DNA of 64,000 nucleotides from an uncultured virus (IMG/VR IMGVR_UViG_2061766007_000307) (IMGVR_UViG_2061766007_000307), one strand, 5' to 3'. Numbered from the stretch's first letter, positions 31,101 through 42,027 are shown. Notes: generated by a model not told the origin, from the sequence alone. Translations and numbers: made by a program.

Positions 31101-32661
31101 CTACTATGTCAAAGCTTACGACCCAGGATATATAGAGTCTGTGAAATATTTGTCGTCTGATCATACATATAAATTGAACAAGACAAGTACGTTGAAGCTG
31201 ACAGGTATCAATTATATAGACCCTGAAACTATCGACACTGACATAGACATTCTTGTAGATATAGACAGACAGCCGCTACCTGAGAGCTCTGTTGCAGTCC
31301 GTGCTGCAAGAGCAATATCTACAGATTCAGGAATCAGATTAGCAGTGATCGGCCATACAGAGCTTTCAGATTCCGGAGGTGCAAAGATATATCCTAGCAA
31401 AGTTGTCATGTTTGACAAAACAGATATAGATATGAAAACACCTATGGGTTATTTCTATACTATAAGTGCTAGCAAAGAAGAATCTCATCCGTCAGCGTAT
31501 GCTAAGCTTATGGATGCAGGCATTGTTGATCATAACATAGACTTCTACACTTTGACTGATGATGGCGCAACAGCGTCCGTTGCTACAATGGTAGCATATG
31601 ATTCTGTATTCAATAATGGTGTACGTGCATTGTCTGAAGATGTCATCAGACGCAATAAGTACAACTATGTTGCTGTAGTGATCTATGTGATAGACCCTAA
31701 ATCTATTGCAGATGAAGAATGGAAGACTATAAATGAAGATTGGAAGACTCTATTGAAGAATACTATAGAGTATGGAGGTGCTTATTATTATTTCAATTCT
31801 TTAATGAACCAGGATTCAGATTATATCAAAGAATATATATCAGGTAACGACACTTTCATAAAGACAAAGTCTGGAAAGCTTAACTCTGCTATTACAGAAG
31901 TGATAACGGCACAATGCTATCCATCAAGCAATCAGCTGCTGACATATGATATTGTAGACGGTATAGCTACAACAAAGAATGATGCATATATTCATATGGA
32001 AAGCAGTGATAAGGGACTCATGTATATGCAGTACCTATCTCATTATAATCCGATGTCAAATAAGGTAGAATATGTACAGACATATGAAGATATCTTTGAT
32101 ACTAGCTATCCGCTGACATTCCTAGCTGGCTCTTCTATAGTGCGTCCTGTATTGAATTATAGGACACAGAGATTCGTCAGCCTTGTAGTATATGACCGCA
32201 GATTTGTATTCGGTAAAGATGAGGATCCTATAAATGTCATGTCATTGAAATCAGTTCCTTCTATATTATCTTCGAAATACTATCTGAAGAACGGAGAATG
32301 GATCAATTATAAGAATAACAGATCGTCTGTAGATATCAAGCTGTATCCTTCAATATTATATGGAAGCTTACTGCGCGATGACCTCAGGTCATTCTTCAGG
32401 AAGATACGTTTGTACAGTGACGAACAGACTTCAGAGCTTGACGGAGATGATATAATCATGTACGCAGATACATTCATGTTCCATCTATATGAATATGATC
32501 TGGCTGCATATTATGATACAGAATCTTCTGATTTTGCATTGACAACAGATGCAAGCAGCTCATCTAGACTTGATTATGAAGTCAAGAAAGGATATGAGCA
32601 GGAATACAAGAACCTTCCAAAGAAAAACATGTTCTTCACATACAAAATGTACATGAGATAA
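28195..32661 (+). CDS. Large putative baseplate/virion protein
   Basis: 1488 aa ORF in the structural operon; start may be the ATG at 28207. Confidence 0.5.
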   Translation: MNITMKQLVTTHELAGNYTVVIDTVKDKIYLDTLDCERPGITMEANMQGSLMMDVANMFRKYNIKKYPDVYEINDNVTGKEDLYSSIDTVKYRARTIRINDDQLRVFAPIILQTDEQIPDVFVLYRRDLSMSKEKLDDPDTKDEIVAVVDLHRNNISEYIQPKEYATAYIHGNSRYIKGIDSETGQFVKADLYSDSIMKEEIATEDLIYQSYKDKLLLYNSIVNISFVIKDDKIYEHQSESSMDVKCKDTSAYLYWGRYATLNRIEDIENITIESSWGSPEDTRKDIFVYKIQDDLQKPRLEYTGKSNPVVSLASKDILLRHHNGGFESITFDGFGGANLKYNEDHKSKYVDIDRVTYTIDSYAEMLPSMSFEYPSSECSLSILMSLNDEFIHYFNAVTRIDIRWVKSINENEDSSHCILLSSSLNDQIQKLKSIVGTYFNVSWPTDAKKDDRPIVTITTRGDNVLNFNYLRFTKTSRLNLIGIYSKTEINSGSPRVHLYEYSFTSKDSYAKIPRESSDDFISYARDKYIELKDVDNTCVHDKIHECFADSSFYYVRTGSVIETDDSFHYLCGGVVDGNTLSFYNMKASSIYTITPTKVGDFIDIRTAYLSDNEPVGITDDSKPVDVKTRVAWCDYSSVDKNGNSLIPSVASPAGIIDVYSAASSKDSWSYGQILYNAYKSTYKEGNIDADYFKSTCFKSDNIENNYLLDVFEQCFEDYPEYPDKNKLDFIKVVMSLMCQGTKNDDNNPFSEDTYTPLFIFEELPENICLASRLKSAIFNGYYTYLRNNGKGGQLDESDIIAILSKIGEAMKNVSINTASKSIKSYLTTCPQSVLDDITVKVNPVLYDDELFCMLFGVPFKTDIKYSEYTFRSIIVPCPRFLLRTEEDTKVYNPAITEFAINTEAKAFTIVTFLDIPVVMPFAMKTDDFGSDLTLSTMFGYFDRNMLQLIGNGEGIQHVGDDDDEQPASYYVKAYDPGYIESVKYLSSDHTYKLNKTSTLKLTGINYIDPETIDTDIDILVDIDRQPLPESSVAVRAARAISTDSGIRLAVIGHTELSDSGGAKIYPSKVVMFDKTDIDMKTPMGYFYTISASKEESHPSAYAKLMDAGIVDHNIDFYTLTDDGATASVATMVAYDSVFNNGVRALSEDVIRRNKYNYVAVVIYVIDPKSIADEEWKTINEDWKTLLKNTIEYGGAYYYFNSLMNQDSDYIKEYISGNDTFIKTKSGKLNSAITEVITAQCYPSSNQLLTYDIVDGIATTKNDAYIHMESSDKGLMYMQYLSHYNPMSNKVEYVQTYEDIFDTSYPLTFLAGSSIVRPVLNYRTQRFVSLVVYDRRFVFGKDEDPINVMSLKSVPSILSSKYYLKNGEWINYKNNRSSVDIKLYPSILYGSLLRDDLRSFFRKIRLYSDEQTSELDGDDIIMYADTFMFHLYEYDLAAYYDTESSDFALTTDASSSSRLDYEVKKGYEQEYKNLPKKNMFFTYKMYMR

Positions 32662-32662
32662 T

Positions 32663-32821
32663 ATGGGAAAATGTTTGAAATGTAATATTTATAAATTAGT
32701 ACAGTTTGGTCGAAGAGCTATAGCTAAACTGAAAGATCCAGCATTGCCAGAAGATGGTGATGCACCGGAAGGTAAATATAACAAAAAGAAAGTAAAAATT
32801 ATTTACAGTAAAGAAAAATGA
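32663..32821 (+). CDS. Small hypothetical protein (52 aa, CxxC)
   Basis: MGKCLKC... fills the gap exactly and overlaps the next gene by ATGA. Confidence 0.45.
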   Translation: MGKCLKCNIYKLVQFGRRAIAKLKDPALPEDGDAPEGKYNKKKVKIIYSKEK

Positions 32822-33459
32822 GATCATTAGGTTTTAAGGTAGCTGGGGTCGGGGCTGTAATAGCTGCATTGATAGCCCTCATGGTATATGTACGTGAATT
32901 GCGTGAAGATGTACAGATTGCAGAGCAGAATAGAATAGCTTCTGTCGAGATGTATAATAACGAAAAGAATAAGACATATGCTTTGAATCTGAAGATAGAA
33001 GATCTAGACCGCATCAAAAACAAGCAGATACAGGAGATGGATTCTATCCGTAGAGCTCTTAATGTCAAAGATAAGCAGCTGAAGGCTCTTTACGGCCAGA
33101 AGTCTTCTGCAGATATCAGAGATACTATCGAACTTCCTATTCATGTTCCTGTGATAGACAGCACTACAGGGAATGTGATTCCTATGGAAGACTGTTATAC
33201 TGATACATGTATAGGTGATATGAGATGGTACAATGTATGCATAGACCGTATAGATTCTAATCTTATAGTACTTTCCGCTCATTTTGAAAGCGACCTGACT
33301 CTTATTACTGTAGAAAAGAAGGAGATTGTCAACAAGCCTAGAAAGACATGGTTGGGAAGATTGTTCCAGAGAAAAGTGAAGACAATGTCTATAACTGCAG
33401 TAGAACAGAATCCATATGTCAGAAATGATTCTACAATACTTGTAGTGCCTATCAAGTAA
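32818..33459 (+). CDS. Rz-like spanin
   Basis: N-terminal TM helix, coiled coil, basic PRKTWLGRLFQRK C-terminal motif typical of Bacteroidota phage spanin-like proteins. Confidence 0.55.
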   Translation: MRSLGFKVAGVGAVIAALIALMVYVRELREDVQIAEQNRIASVEMYNNEKNKTYALNLKIEDLDRIKNKQIQEMDSIRRALNVKDKQLKALYGQKSSADIRDTIELPIHVPVIDSTTGNVIPMEDCYTDTCIGDMRWYNVCIDRIDSNLIVLSAHFESDLTLITVEKKEIVNKPRKTWLGRLFQRKVKTMSITAVEQNPYVRNDSTILVVPIK

Positions 33460-33568
33460 TATGTTATTAATTTGATTTTACATGATCGCATCCCGTCTGT
33501 TCCGGCGAGATGCGATTCTTTATTATTATTGCAGCAGTAAATACTGTATATAGTTATCAACACTTTGC

Positions 33569-34408
33569 ATGGACGTATACGGTATCATTTTTATATATGA
33601 GCTATTGAAATACTATTCAGGTATGCTTGGTATTACATTCGGCTCTTTCAGTATAGAGACTCACACAGATAAAGGTGTCAAATTCAATGATATAAGATGG
33701 TCTGAAGTAGATGACTATATCAAAGATCTATTAAAAGGGTACAATCTGCAGTATCAGAAGCTTGTCAGAGAATACATCAAAGAGAAGAAAGGTGTTGTCA
33801 ATGCTGCTGCGGAACAGATGATCAGAAATACAAATCCATTCACTCCTGAAATAGGGTTCTTCAATATATGGCTGGGCGAAGATGGCACTGCAGCTGAAAG
33901 GTCTATAGTACAGCCTCTCCCTTGGGTTGTTGTCAACCATATAGTCAGAGTTACAGGATGTACAGCGAAAATGAAAAGCAGTGTAGATAACTATGAGTAT
34001 AGTGTCACAGCATATTTCGATCATTTCTCTGCATATAGCGATAATACACAAAAAGCAGAAAAGACAGAATATAAATATATTCTTTCACGCATAGTTAATG
34101 AAAAAGTTACTACATTGACTTACAATCAATTAGCTAAGAACGAGTGTCCTCAGGAGATAAGTGCTATCTTTAGAAAAGCCAATAAGATGCTTGACAGACT
34201 TCGTGAGACCAAAGATCATGAACACGTAAATGGCATCACAGTATATGACTTTATAGCGGAACTTAATAAATATATGGACCAGAAAGACCATTACCTTAAT
34301 GTCTGGAATCAAGTGTATGAGCCGTTCAATATATCGAACAGACCTGGTGTATATAAAATAGATCCTGCTGTTGACGGACAAGAAATTATAGATATGACCT
34401 ACGCATAA
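33569..34408 (+). CDS. Hypothetical late protein upstream of the tape measure gene
   Basis: 279 aa ORF; GTAAATA at 33537. Confidence 0.6.
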   Translation: MDVYGIIFIYELLKYYSGMLGITFGSFSIETHTDKGVKFNDIRWSEVDDYIKDLLKGYNLQYQKLVREYIKEKKGVVNAAAEQMIRNTNPFTPEIGFFNIWLGEDGTAAERSIVQPLPWVVVNHIVRVTGCTAKMKSSVDNYEYSVTAYFDHFSAYSDNTQKAEKTEYKYILSRIVNEKVTTLTYNQLAKNECPQEISAIFRKANKMLDRLRETKDHEHVNGITVYDFIAELNKYMDQKDHYLNVWNQVYEPFNISNRPGVYKIDPAVDGQEIIDMTYA

Positions 34409-34427
34409 TACTACATAACAAAAGAAC

Positions 34428-37400
34428 ATGCTTACGGAAGATTTATATAGTGCTATATCTAATATAGCTTCTTCAATAGATGCTATGTTGGAATCACATG
34501 AGAGGAATACATCTAACAGTGTAGATTCACTATGTGACTCCATAGACAAGTTATGTAAGACAGTTACTGATGGCAAAGGAACCGCAGGTACTGAAACTGT
34601 GCTTGGTCTGATTGCTGGAGCTCTTGCAGGAGAAACTGATAAGATAGAGAAAGGCGCGTCTGTTCTGGCTGCTAGCATTAAAGATGTTTCAGCTACATTA
34701 GATGAGATAGGCAAATCATCAGATAATATAGTTGAGTCTACTAAGAATATATCTGAGAGTATGCAATATCTCTCAGAAGGTATAGAAAGTGTAGGTCTCA
34801 AGACTCTGTTATCTGCATATGTAGCTAAAGTGGCTTTCCCTATTATCAGTGCATTCACTATAAGTGCCGTAGACCTATTCAAATCTATAGCATCTAAAGA
34901 AAAAGATCTCGCTAGTGCTGAAAAAGGTGTCTGCTCGCTGAACTCATCTATCGGCAAAATCAAAGAAGCTGCATATCATGCTATTCTAGGAGGAGCAGCT
35001 TCTGTTCTGGGTATAGTTGCACTTGCCCCTATGAGTCTGTTTGTCATAGGATCATCTGCAGTGTTCATGCTGGCTAACAAACTGTTCGACGCTAAGCAGA
35101 TGAAAGAGACAGGAGAAGCTATAGCATCACTGTCTAAAGGTATTATAGATTTATCTTGGGCTGCATTCGCCGTCACAGTAGCATCTCCTTTCTTTATTAC
35201 AGGCACTTTAGCTCTGGTACCTATGACAGTCTTTGTTCTAGGAGTTGCTGCGGTCAATGCACTTGTAGAAAAGCTGTTCGGTGATAAGAAAAAGAAAGAC
35301 TATTCAGCTATAGGATCTATGGCTAAGGGTATTCTATATATGACCCTTGCGGCAGGTGCCGCTATTATAGCAGCACCGATAGCATTGCTAGCTATTCCGT
35401 GTGTTCTTGTATTAGGATTGTTCACTCTTGCTGTAGGTTCTCTTGTAATATCTCCAGTTAACAAATTAGTATCAGGTAAGGAATTCAAGAATTTCAGGTC
35501 TGGTGTTCTGACTATGGCTCTAGGTATCCTTACTATGGGTCTAGTTGCTGCAGCGTCGATTGTATTAGCTCCTGTCATGCTGCTTGGTTCAGTGTGTATG
35601 CTGGCTACCTATGTGTTTGTGAAGTCTTCAGGCTTGGTATTCAGAGAAGCTGCTAAGAATACTAATAATTATATCAAAGGTACAATAGGTCTGGTTATTA
35701 TGGGAGCAGGCTTGTTGGCAACTACATTCTTGTTGGCACAGACTGTTAAAGTAGGTAAGGATCTGCTGACATTCGATACTCTTGGTGTTCTTGCCGTAGT
35801 AGGAGCAGCTTCTTATGGAGGAATCCAGATTATGAAAGTCGCTGGTAAGGCTGTCGGTAGCGTCGTGAAGGGTGCTATCGCTGTTCTGATGGTTGCAGGA
35901 ACTGTATATGGAGCAGCATATCTGTTCAATAAAGCAGTTACTGAGTGTAAAGAACTGATATCAAACCCTGAAGACACCGTAGAAGGTCTTCTTGCCTTGA
36001 CTGCTGCTGTAGGTGTGATGGGTACAGCTATTGCTGCTGCAGGGTTCACATTACCTTTTATCCTTCCAGGTGTTGCTGCTGTGACTCTTGTATCTGGAAC
36101 AGTCTTCGCTGCAGCTAAGGCGATCGGATCTGCAAGCGATGCTTGGCAGAAAGCTCAAGAAGGTGGGGCATTTGAAATAGGTTCAGACGGAAGCACTCCT
36201 TTCTCTGTGACAGTCAAAGGCGTCATAGGGTCTATGATAGATGCTGTCAAAGATATAGATGATATCGAGAAGCTAGGAGATGCTATAAAGGCTATCATGC
36301 CAGTATCTGACTTCGTACAGAAATTAGCTGTAGGAGTATCAGAGTTCTCTAAGATAGCTATGATGAAAGGCGAGATCGCTGACAGTGAGGGAAGGAAGAT
36401 GCCGTTCAATCTTACTAAAGTAGGTGAAGGTATCAGTGCTGTATGCGGATCTATCATCACAGGTATCAGTGACGCTATGAAGTCTTTTGATTTCAATGAT
36501 GATAACATGGTTGAAATATCATCAGGCGGCTTCTTGGGATTCGGAAAGACTACAACTAAAGTACCTAAACAGATTGCTGCTATCCGCCATCTGATGCCTC
36601 TAGCGACATTTGTAGCGTCTCTTGCATCAGGTGTGAGCGAGTTCTCTAAGCTTGCTGCTATGAAGGGTGACATCACTACAGTGGATGCAGATGGAAAACA
36701 GATCACACGTCCATTCAACCTCCAGGATGTAGGAACAGGTATCAGTGCAGTCATTACAGCGCTGATGTCAGGTATCTCTCAGGGTATGGAGGAATTAGAA
36801 GGTGGTGGTATGGTTGAAATATCATCTGGAGGCTTCTTGGGAATAGGAGCTGATAAGATCTCTGTTCCTGCAAGATTAGCAGGTCTGCAGCATATAGCAC
36901 CTCTTGCCAGCTTCATATCATCAACTGCTGAACTTATCTCTGCTATAGGAAAAGATAAAGATGGAAATGCTTTATCAGCTAATCCTGAAATTATCGGAAG
37001 TATATTCACAGGATTGATCAATGCAGTCAATGTCAAGGATATCGACGATATCCTAGAAGATGCTGGTGAAGGACTTGATGAATTTGCAGATCCTCTCAAA
37101 AAGTTCTGTAATGCAGGATGGAAGAATCTTCCAGATGAAGAAGGTGTGAAATCATTCACATCACTTATAGAATACTGTACTAAGATAGATGCATCTAAAG
37201 CAGCCCAGCTGAGCACAGGTGCTTCTGCTATTACAAATCTAGCTACTGCATTGAGCGGACGTACATCTATTACAGGAGATAATGTCAAAGCTACGTCTGA
37301 AGGTATTGAAAAGACTATAAATGCTGTCAATGGATTGGATACCAATAAAGCTAAGGCTCTTGCTGATGTATACGAATCTATGGCTAAAGCAGCTTCCAAA

Positions 37401-37679
37401 AGGAGCAATGCACTTAAAGAAGTAGTCAAAGCTATCAAAGAAAGTACAGAAGCTCTTGTCAGTGCCGTAGATAATGCAGGAGCGAAAGTCAATGAGGCTG
37501 GCTCACAGAATACTCAAGGCTCTATATTCCAGACAGTATATAAAGAGAAGGAAGAACCTGCTAAAGAGGCTAAGAAAGATGCTGCACCAGAAATAGCAAG
37601 CCTTCCTAGACAGAAAGTCCAGGTTGATCTTACTATTAACGGACAGAGCGGTGATCAATGGATAATCAGAAGGAAATAA
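34428..37679 (+). CDS. Probable tail tape measure protein
   Basis: 1083 aa, Ala/Gly-rich helical, long hydrophobic central region, internal repeat. Confidence 0.65.
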   Translation: MLTEDLYSAISNIASSIDAMLESHERNTSNSVDSLCDSIDKLCKTVTDGKGTAGTETVLGLIAGALAGETDKIEKGASVLAASIKDVSATLDEIGKSSDNIVESTKNISESMQYLSEGIESVGLKTLLSAYVAKVAFPIISAFTISAVDLFKSIASKEKDLASAEKGVCSLNSSIGKIKEAAYHAILGGAASVLGIVALAPMSLFVIGSSAVFMLANKLFDAKQMKETGEAIASLSKGIIDLSWAAFAVTVASPFFITGTLALVPMTVFVLGVAAVNALVEKLFGDKKKKDYSAIGSMAKGILYMTLAAGAAIIAAPIALLAIPCVLVLGLFTLAVGSLVISPVNKLVSGKEFKNFRSGVLTMALGILTMGLVAAASIVLAPVMLLGSVCMLATYVFVKSSGLVFREAAKNTNNYIKGTIGLVIMGAGLLATTFLLAQTVKVGKDLLTFDTLGVLAVVGAASYGGIQIMKVAGKAVGSVVKGAIAVLMVAGTVYGAAYLFNKAVTECKELISNPEDTVEGLLALTAAVGVMGTAIAAAGFTLPFILPGVAAVTLVSGTVFAAAKAIGSASDAWQKAQEGGAFEIGSDGSTPFSVTVKGVIGSMIDAVKDIDDIEKLGDAIKAIMPVSDFVQKLAVGVSEFSKIAMMKGEIADSEGRKMPFNLTKVGEGISAVCGSIITGISDAMKSFDFNDDNMVEISSGGFLGFGKTTTKVPKQIAAIRHLMPLATFVASLASGVSEFSKLAAMKGDITTVDADGKQITRPFNLQDVGTGISAVITALMSGISQGMEELEGGGMVEISSGGFLGIGADKISVPARLAGLQHIAPLASFISSTAELISAIGKDKDGNALSANPEIIGSIFTGLINAVNVKDIDDILEDAGEGLDEFADPLKKFCNAGWKNLPDEEGVKSFTSLIEYCTKIDASKAAQLSTGASAITNLATALSGRTSITGDNVKATSEGIEKTINAVNGLDTNKAKALADVYESMAKAASKRSNALKEVVKAIKESTEALVSAVDNAGAKVNEAGSQNTQGSIFQTVYKEKEEPAKEAKKDAAPEIASLPRQKVQVDLTINGQSGDQWIIRRK

Positions 37680-37699
37680 TACGATAAGCAATACACAAC

Positions 37700-38266
37700 A
37701 TGGAAAACAATATACACATAGATACATTCCCTATCACTGAGGATATGTATCAGCTGAAGTCAATAGATATAATCAACAGCAATTTCCTTTCTATAAAGAA
37801 ATGGCATGATGCTTTTGATGATTTCTGTAAGCTTAATACAGAAGCAGGTATCACTCGTCTATATATAGAGAAAGCAACTTCTATAGAATCTGATGATATC
37901 AAGACAGATCATATAATGTCGAAAGCATTGTATGAACCTTCGGGTACTGTCCAGAATGACGCTGATAGCCCAATGTTCGAAATATCGAGCACATCTTTCA
38001 GATATAAAGGGTTTATAATTGACGATGAAGGCATCCACCTGCCATTAGAATGTGTATCTGCAGTGAAGGATGATCATGATCTTGAAGTCCTTAATGCCGA
38101 TCTTGCTGTGCCTGGAAAATATGCTAATATGTTCACGCGCATTATATTGAACGCAACATCTCAGGATATAGAGATACAGAATATAGGCAATAACGGGTCC
38201 AGAATACTAGGGCCTAGAGAATCTATCACTATCATGCATTACGAAGGATTCTGGTATGTACTGTAA
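37700..38266 (+). CDS. Putative virion protein
   Basis: IDIINSNF N-terminal motif typical of tail-associated proteins. Confidence 0.45.
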   Translation: MENNIHIDTFPITEDMYQLKSIDIINSNFLSIKKWHDAFDDFCKLNTEAGITRLYIEKATSIESDDIKTDHIMSKALYEPSGTVQNDADSPMFEISSTSFRYKGFIIDDEGIHLPLECVSAVKDDHDLEVLNADLAVPGKYANMFTRIILNATSQDIEIQNIGNNGSRILGPRESITIMHYEGFWYVL

Positions 38267-38319
38267 AATATAAGATTTCTGTTGTTGTAAATTATTGTGA
38301 CATTCAATTATTTTATATC

Positions 38320-41300
38320 ATGATTCAACATAGAGTTTTCGTACCGAATATCACAGGCACAGATATAGATATCACAGATCCTTCAGTGCAGAGCATCTTG
38401 AAGACTGGCGAAAGAGTCGCGTTTGTCAATAATGACATTATATACTACGCTATGTCACCTAGCCAGGAGTCTTGGTATGCTCTTTGTGGAGATAATGAAT
38501 CAGATCCTGCATCTACCTCAAATATTAATATATTGAATGCTAAGCAGTTAACTGATGAAAGTGGAAATCCTCACAATGTGTTTAATATTACAAAAGAACA
38601 AATGTCTGATGTAAAAGGTAACAGATGGTGGGTTATCACTATATCTGATACAGGACTGCAGCATAAAGACGTGAGGACATCTCATACATCTCCGAAGAAC
38701 AATGCTGTCAAAGATGTCATATCAAGTGCATCATGTACAAATGACGAGGCTTATGATTTTGAGAATATCCTTGCAATGATATTCAAAGCAGAAATATTAT
38801 CTGTCAATCATAAGCAGGGAAACATGACGAAAAGTGATGTGACTGCCAATCTTGTCAGAAAATATTCAGAAAACAATCTTGTCAATTATGGTATCCATGT
38901 AGACCAGATGGTTGTCTTGAATGGAGATGGTACAGAAACAAGCTTTGCAAATATACCTGCAGGCCAGTACAAATTCTCTATAGCCAAAATAGTGCACCCT
39001 TCTGTATCTTCTGGTATAGCAGATATACAGAAAATTGTTGTAGGTGCATATAAATCAGGAGCTTGCTGCCTGATCAGAGCTATTGTATCTAAAAATAGCC
39101 TTACTATATTGAATTCTTCTTACACCGGATGTGATGAAAGAGATGTCAATATCAATATAGAAACTAGCGACGGTGTCAGCACAGTATATATGAATGTCAC
39201 TATAAGCGGAGAGAATAGCAATAACGGCGACAGGTGGATATGCAATGCGAGTGTTACTGGATATGAACATACAAGATTCCCATCATTGCTAGCAGACAGG
39301 TTCCATGCAATCGTAGGAACATCGTATGACTGTTTCGGGTCAGCATCTACTATTGACGAATACACTGCATCAATGTCGTCATCTTATCAGGAAAGATATC
39401 ATACTGGAAAGATGTCTTCTAGAGGATATCCTTATATCATCAGGATCAACATCAAGCCTAATCCTGACTATCAATATGTTCCGACATTTACGCCATCTGA
39501 AGATAAATTATATAGTATGTCCATAGATGGTATAGAGTATTGGAGATACACTGCTATATCAGCAGATAACAAGTCTCTTGTATATGATGCTGCATATGAA
39601 AAACCTGAAGGAACTTTATTGTTCTCATACAGAGATGTATATAATCAGCGTGAATATACATGCACGTATAAAATAGACGACCTTAGAGCTTCTTCGGTCG
39701 TATATACAACAGAATCTGTAGACGGCAGGACATGCAATGTCCTTGATATAGATGTTACTGTTGCAAGAGGACGCGCTAACCTTAACAGTGTCGATGGTAT
39801 ATCTTTTATTGCATATGCAGTAACACCATCATATTCTGAGGAGGCTATCCCTAATTATAATGCAACAGGATTCGATCTAGACTCAAGTCTGGACTCTCCT
39901 AGGTCTTCTACGTTATCACAGGGAGAGGTGCAGATAAAAACAAGATCGTATAGCGCTCCTGCTTCGAGCTGTCTGGGTATTACTCTGAACGAAAGTGATA
40001 GTGCTTATAATGTAGGTTATGTAGAAAACGCTATAAATACGTATTGTAGCGGAGACAATAGAGCTAATGCGAGATATTCTATATGTTCTTTTCCATATAT
40101 AACGTTGCCTGAAGAATTCAAACAGCAATCTTCAGGTATCGAGAGTTATATTATAGGTAGATTATCAGATAGCAGTGTCACTGAAAGCAGTACTTATAGC
40201 TATATCAATACTACTGTAGGGAATATAACAGGGAACAGGGTAAGCATCACACAAGAAGAATATAACACACTCGATAAAACTAGCATGTCGTCTATCAGGG
40301 AAGATCTTAGCAGTCTGATATCTAGAAAATTGAAGTCTCAATGGAGTGGTGAAATAGTTACTTCAGAATTATATTATTTCAACACGGGGCATCCGTGGTT
40401 CGATGTTGCTGCTGTGAGAAATGCTCAAGATAAATATACTTTTACTGGAGGACAATCTAATATTCCTTATCTGATTATTGATGATAAACGAGAGATATAC
40501 AATATGATCTTTACGTTGTACCGTAATGCTAAGCGTGATGACAGTATGAATATCTCTTTGAGTGATATAGAGGTTCAAACAATAACATTCGGTAGAAGCA
40601 GTGCTAGCAACCCGCCTACTATTGTTGTATGTCCTGTCAGTCTGACTAGAACCATCAATGGTGTACAATATAAATATAAATTGTCCCACCAGCAAGAAGT
40701 ATCTGCTAGAGTCCTGAAAGAGCACTCATACGCTTTCTGCTGCAAAGACAATAATACTCTTAAAGATGTGACTCCTGCTATATTCAGTTTCTTATATAAG
40801 ATAGAGCCTGATACAGGCAAGACTGCTGCAGATTATCCGATTGATGATTATTTCCTAGGCGACCCTAACTACCCTCTGTCTATTTATGATCCTAATAGGC
40901 AGAGTAGAGGATGTTGGCTTATGCTCCATCCTCTTCTGAATGGAACTCCAGACGGGATGTCGCCTCTTGATTTTGCTGTAATGTCAGATAATGCTACAGA
41001 ATCAAGTACTAATATCATACAGGAGTGGCACGCAGATACTCATATTATTAGGAAAAATGATATATATTATTATGCAACAGCATATAATGTATTTTCTAAT
41101 AGTGCTGCGTCATATGACGCGCTACCCGATGATTTTGTCCAGAAAGCTACAGAAACAGGGCTTCCTCTGTTCAGCGTAGTGTTCTTTGATGTCAAAGCTA
41201 TTAATCCATTATCAGTAAATCTAAGAAGATTCCTGCAGAAGACTATAATGAATTATATAAATGATTATATTTCTTCGAATCCAGGTGCTACAATCAATGA

Positions 41301-41568
41301 TGTTCCTGGAATATCAAATGTATCTGATGTTGATAAATCTGCAAAAATAACAATAGGAAATGCTGGTGATATGTTGACTATTATCAAAAGGATATTGATA
41401 TCAGCTAATGATGAAACAAATGTTATATTTGCATATGGCGATGCTTCATTGGAAAACGGATGGCCTATAAGTATAGACTCTGCAGGCTATGATGTGCTAT
41501 ACGGCAAATATAATTATAATACGGATCCAAGTATAGACGACTGGGAATTTGAATTTGTAACTGAGTGA
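38320..41568 (+). CDS. Large putative tail/baseplate protein
   Basis: 1082 aa S/T/Y-rich ORF; GTAAAT at 38287. Confidence 0.5.
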   Translation: MIQHRVFVPNITGTDIDITDPSVQSILKTGERVAFVNNDIIYYAMSPSQESWYALCGDNESDPASTSNINILNAKQLTDESGNPHNVFNITKEQMSDVKGNRWWVITISDTGLQHKDVRTSHTSPKNNAVKDVISSASCTNDEAYDFENILAMIFKAEILSVNHKQGNMTKSDVTANLVRKYSENNLVNYGIHVDQMVVLNGDGTETSFANIPAGQYKFSIAKIVHPSVSSGIADIQKIVVGAYKSGACCLIRAIVSKNSLTILNSSYTGCDERDVNINIETSDGVSTVYMNVTISGENSNNGDRWICNASVTGYEHTRFPSLLADRFHAIVGTSYDCFGSASTIDEYTASMSSSYQERYHTGKMSSRGYPYIIRINIKPNPDYQYVPTFTPSEDKLYSMSIDGIEYWRYTAISADNKSLVYDAAYEKPEGTLLFSYRDVYNQREYTCTYKIDDLRASSVVYTTESVDGRTCNVLDIDVTVARGRANLNSVDGISFIAYAVTPSYSEEAIPNYNATGFDLDSSLDSPRSSTLSQGEVQIKTRSYSAPASSCLGITLNESDSAYNVGYVENAINTYCSGDNRANARYSICSFPYITLPEEFKQQSSGIESYIIGRLSDSSVTESSTYSYINTTVGNITGNRVSITQEEYNTLDKTSMSSIREDLSSLISRKLKSQWSGEIVTSELYYFNTGHPWFDVAAVRNAQDKYTFTGGQSNIPYLIIDDKREIYNMIFTLYRNAKRDDSMNISLSDIEVQTITFGRSSASNPPTIVVCPVSLTRTINGVQYKYKLSHQQEVSARVLKEHSYAFCCKDNNTLKDVTPAIFSFLYKIEPDTGKTAADYPIDDYFLGDPNYPLSIYDPNRQSRGCWLMLHPLLNGTPDGMSPLDFAVMSDNATESSTNIIQEWHADTHIIRKNDIYYYATAYNVFSNSAASYDALPDDFVQKATETGLPLFSVVFFDVKAINPLSVNLRRFLQKTIMNYINDYISSNPGATINDVPGISNVSDVDKSAKITIGNAGDMLTIIKRILISANDETNVIFAYGDASLENGWPISIDSAGYDVLYGKYNYNTDPSIDDWEFEFVTE

Positions 41569-41572
41569 TCGT

Positions 41573-41977
41573 ATGTATTTCCAATTTGACAATTCTTCAA
41601 GGCTACCTAAGTTCTTCAAGGACCATGAGAAGGTAGACATAACTAAAGCTACAAGCTATTATAATCTGTGGGCATGCCTCTACAAGGGCAGTCCCCGATG
41701 TATATTGGTCACAAAATGGGATGACAATTACATCTATGGAGTAGATCTGGCCAAGATCAAATCTGAAGAAATAGATTCACTGTTCTATGAAATCCTCAAG
41801 AATGTCAATGAAAGTGAATTCGATATCTTCAAGACAGGTATAGATAAGAAAGTTGCGTCTCTCATAGAGACATTCTCTCATAAGACTGCAGTAAAATGGA
41901 AGCGCAAGTCTTTCGATACAGCGCTGTATCTGTCTGCAACTGAAGCTTTTAACATGTCTGTTCTCATGAAAATGTGA
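41573..41977 (+). CDS. Possible T4 gp2-like DNA end protector
   Basis: PRCILV..YIYGVDL and FDTALYLSATEAF loosely resemble gp2 motifs. Confidence 0.35.
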   Translation: MYFQFDNSSRLPKFFKDHEKVDITKATSYYNLWACLYKGSPRCILVTKWDDNYIYGVDLAKIKSEEIDSLFYEILKNVNESEFDIFKTGIDKKVASLIETFSHKTAVKWKRKSFDTALYLSATEAFNMSVLMKM

Positions 41978-42027
41978 AAAAATAGGGTATCAGGGTGATT
42001 ATATAAGATACATCTATATAATCAAAA

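Noticed and set aside
34130..37492. Long antisense ORFs opposite the tape measure gene (similarly opposite rtcB)
   Set aside because: Codon-bias shadows of real genes
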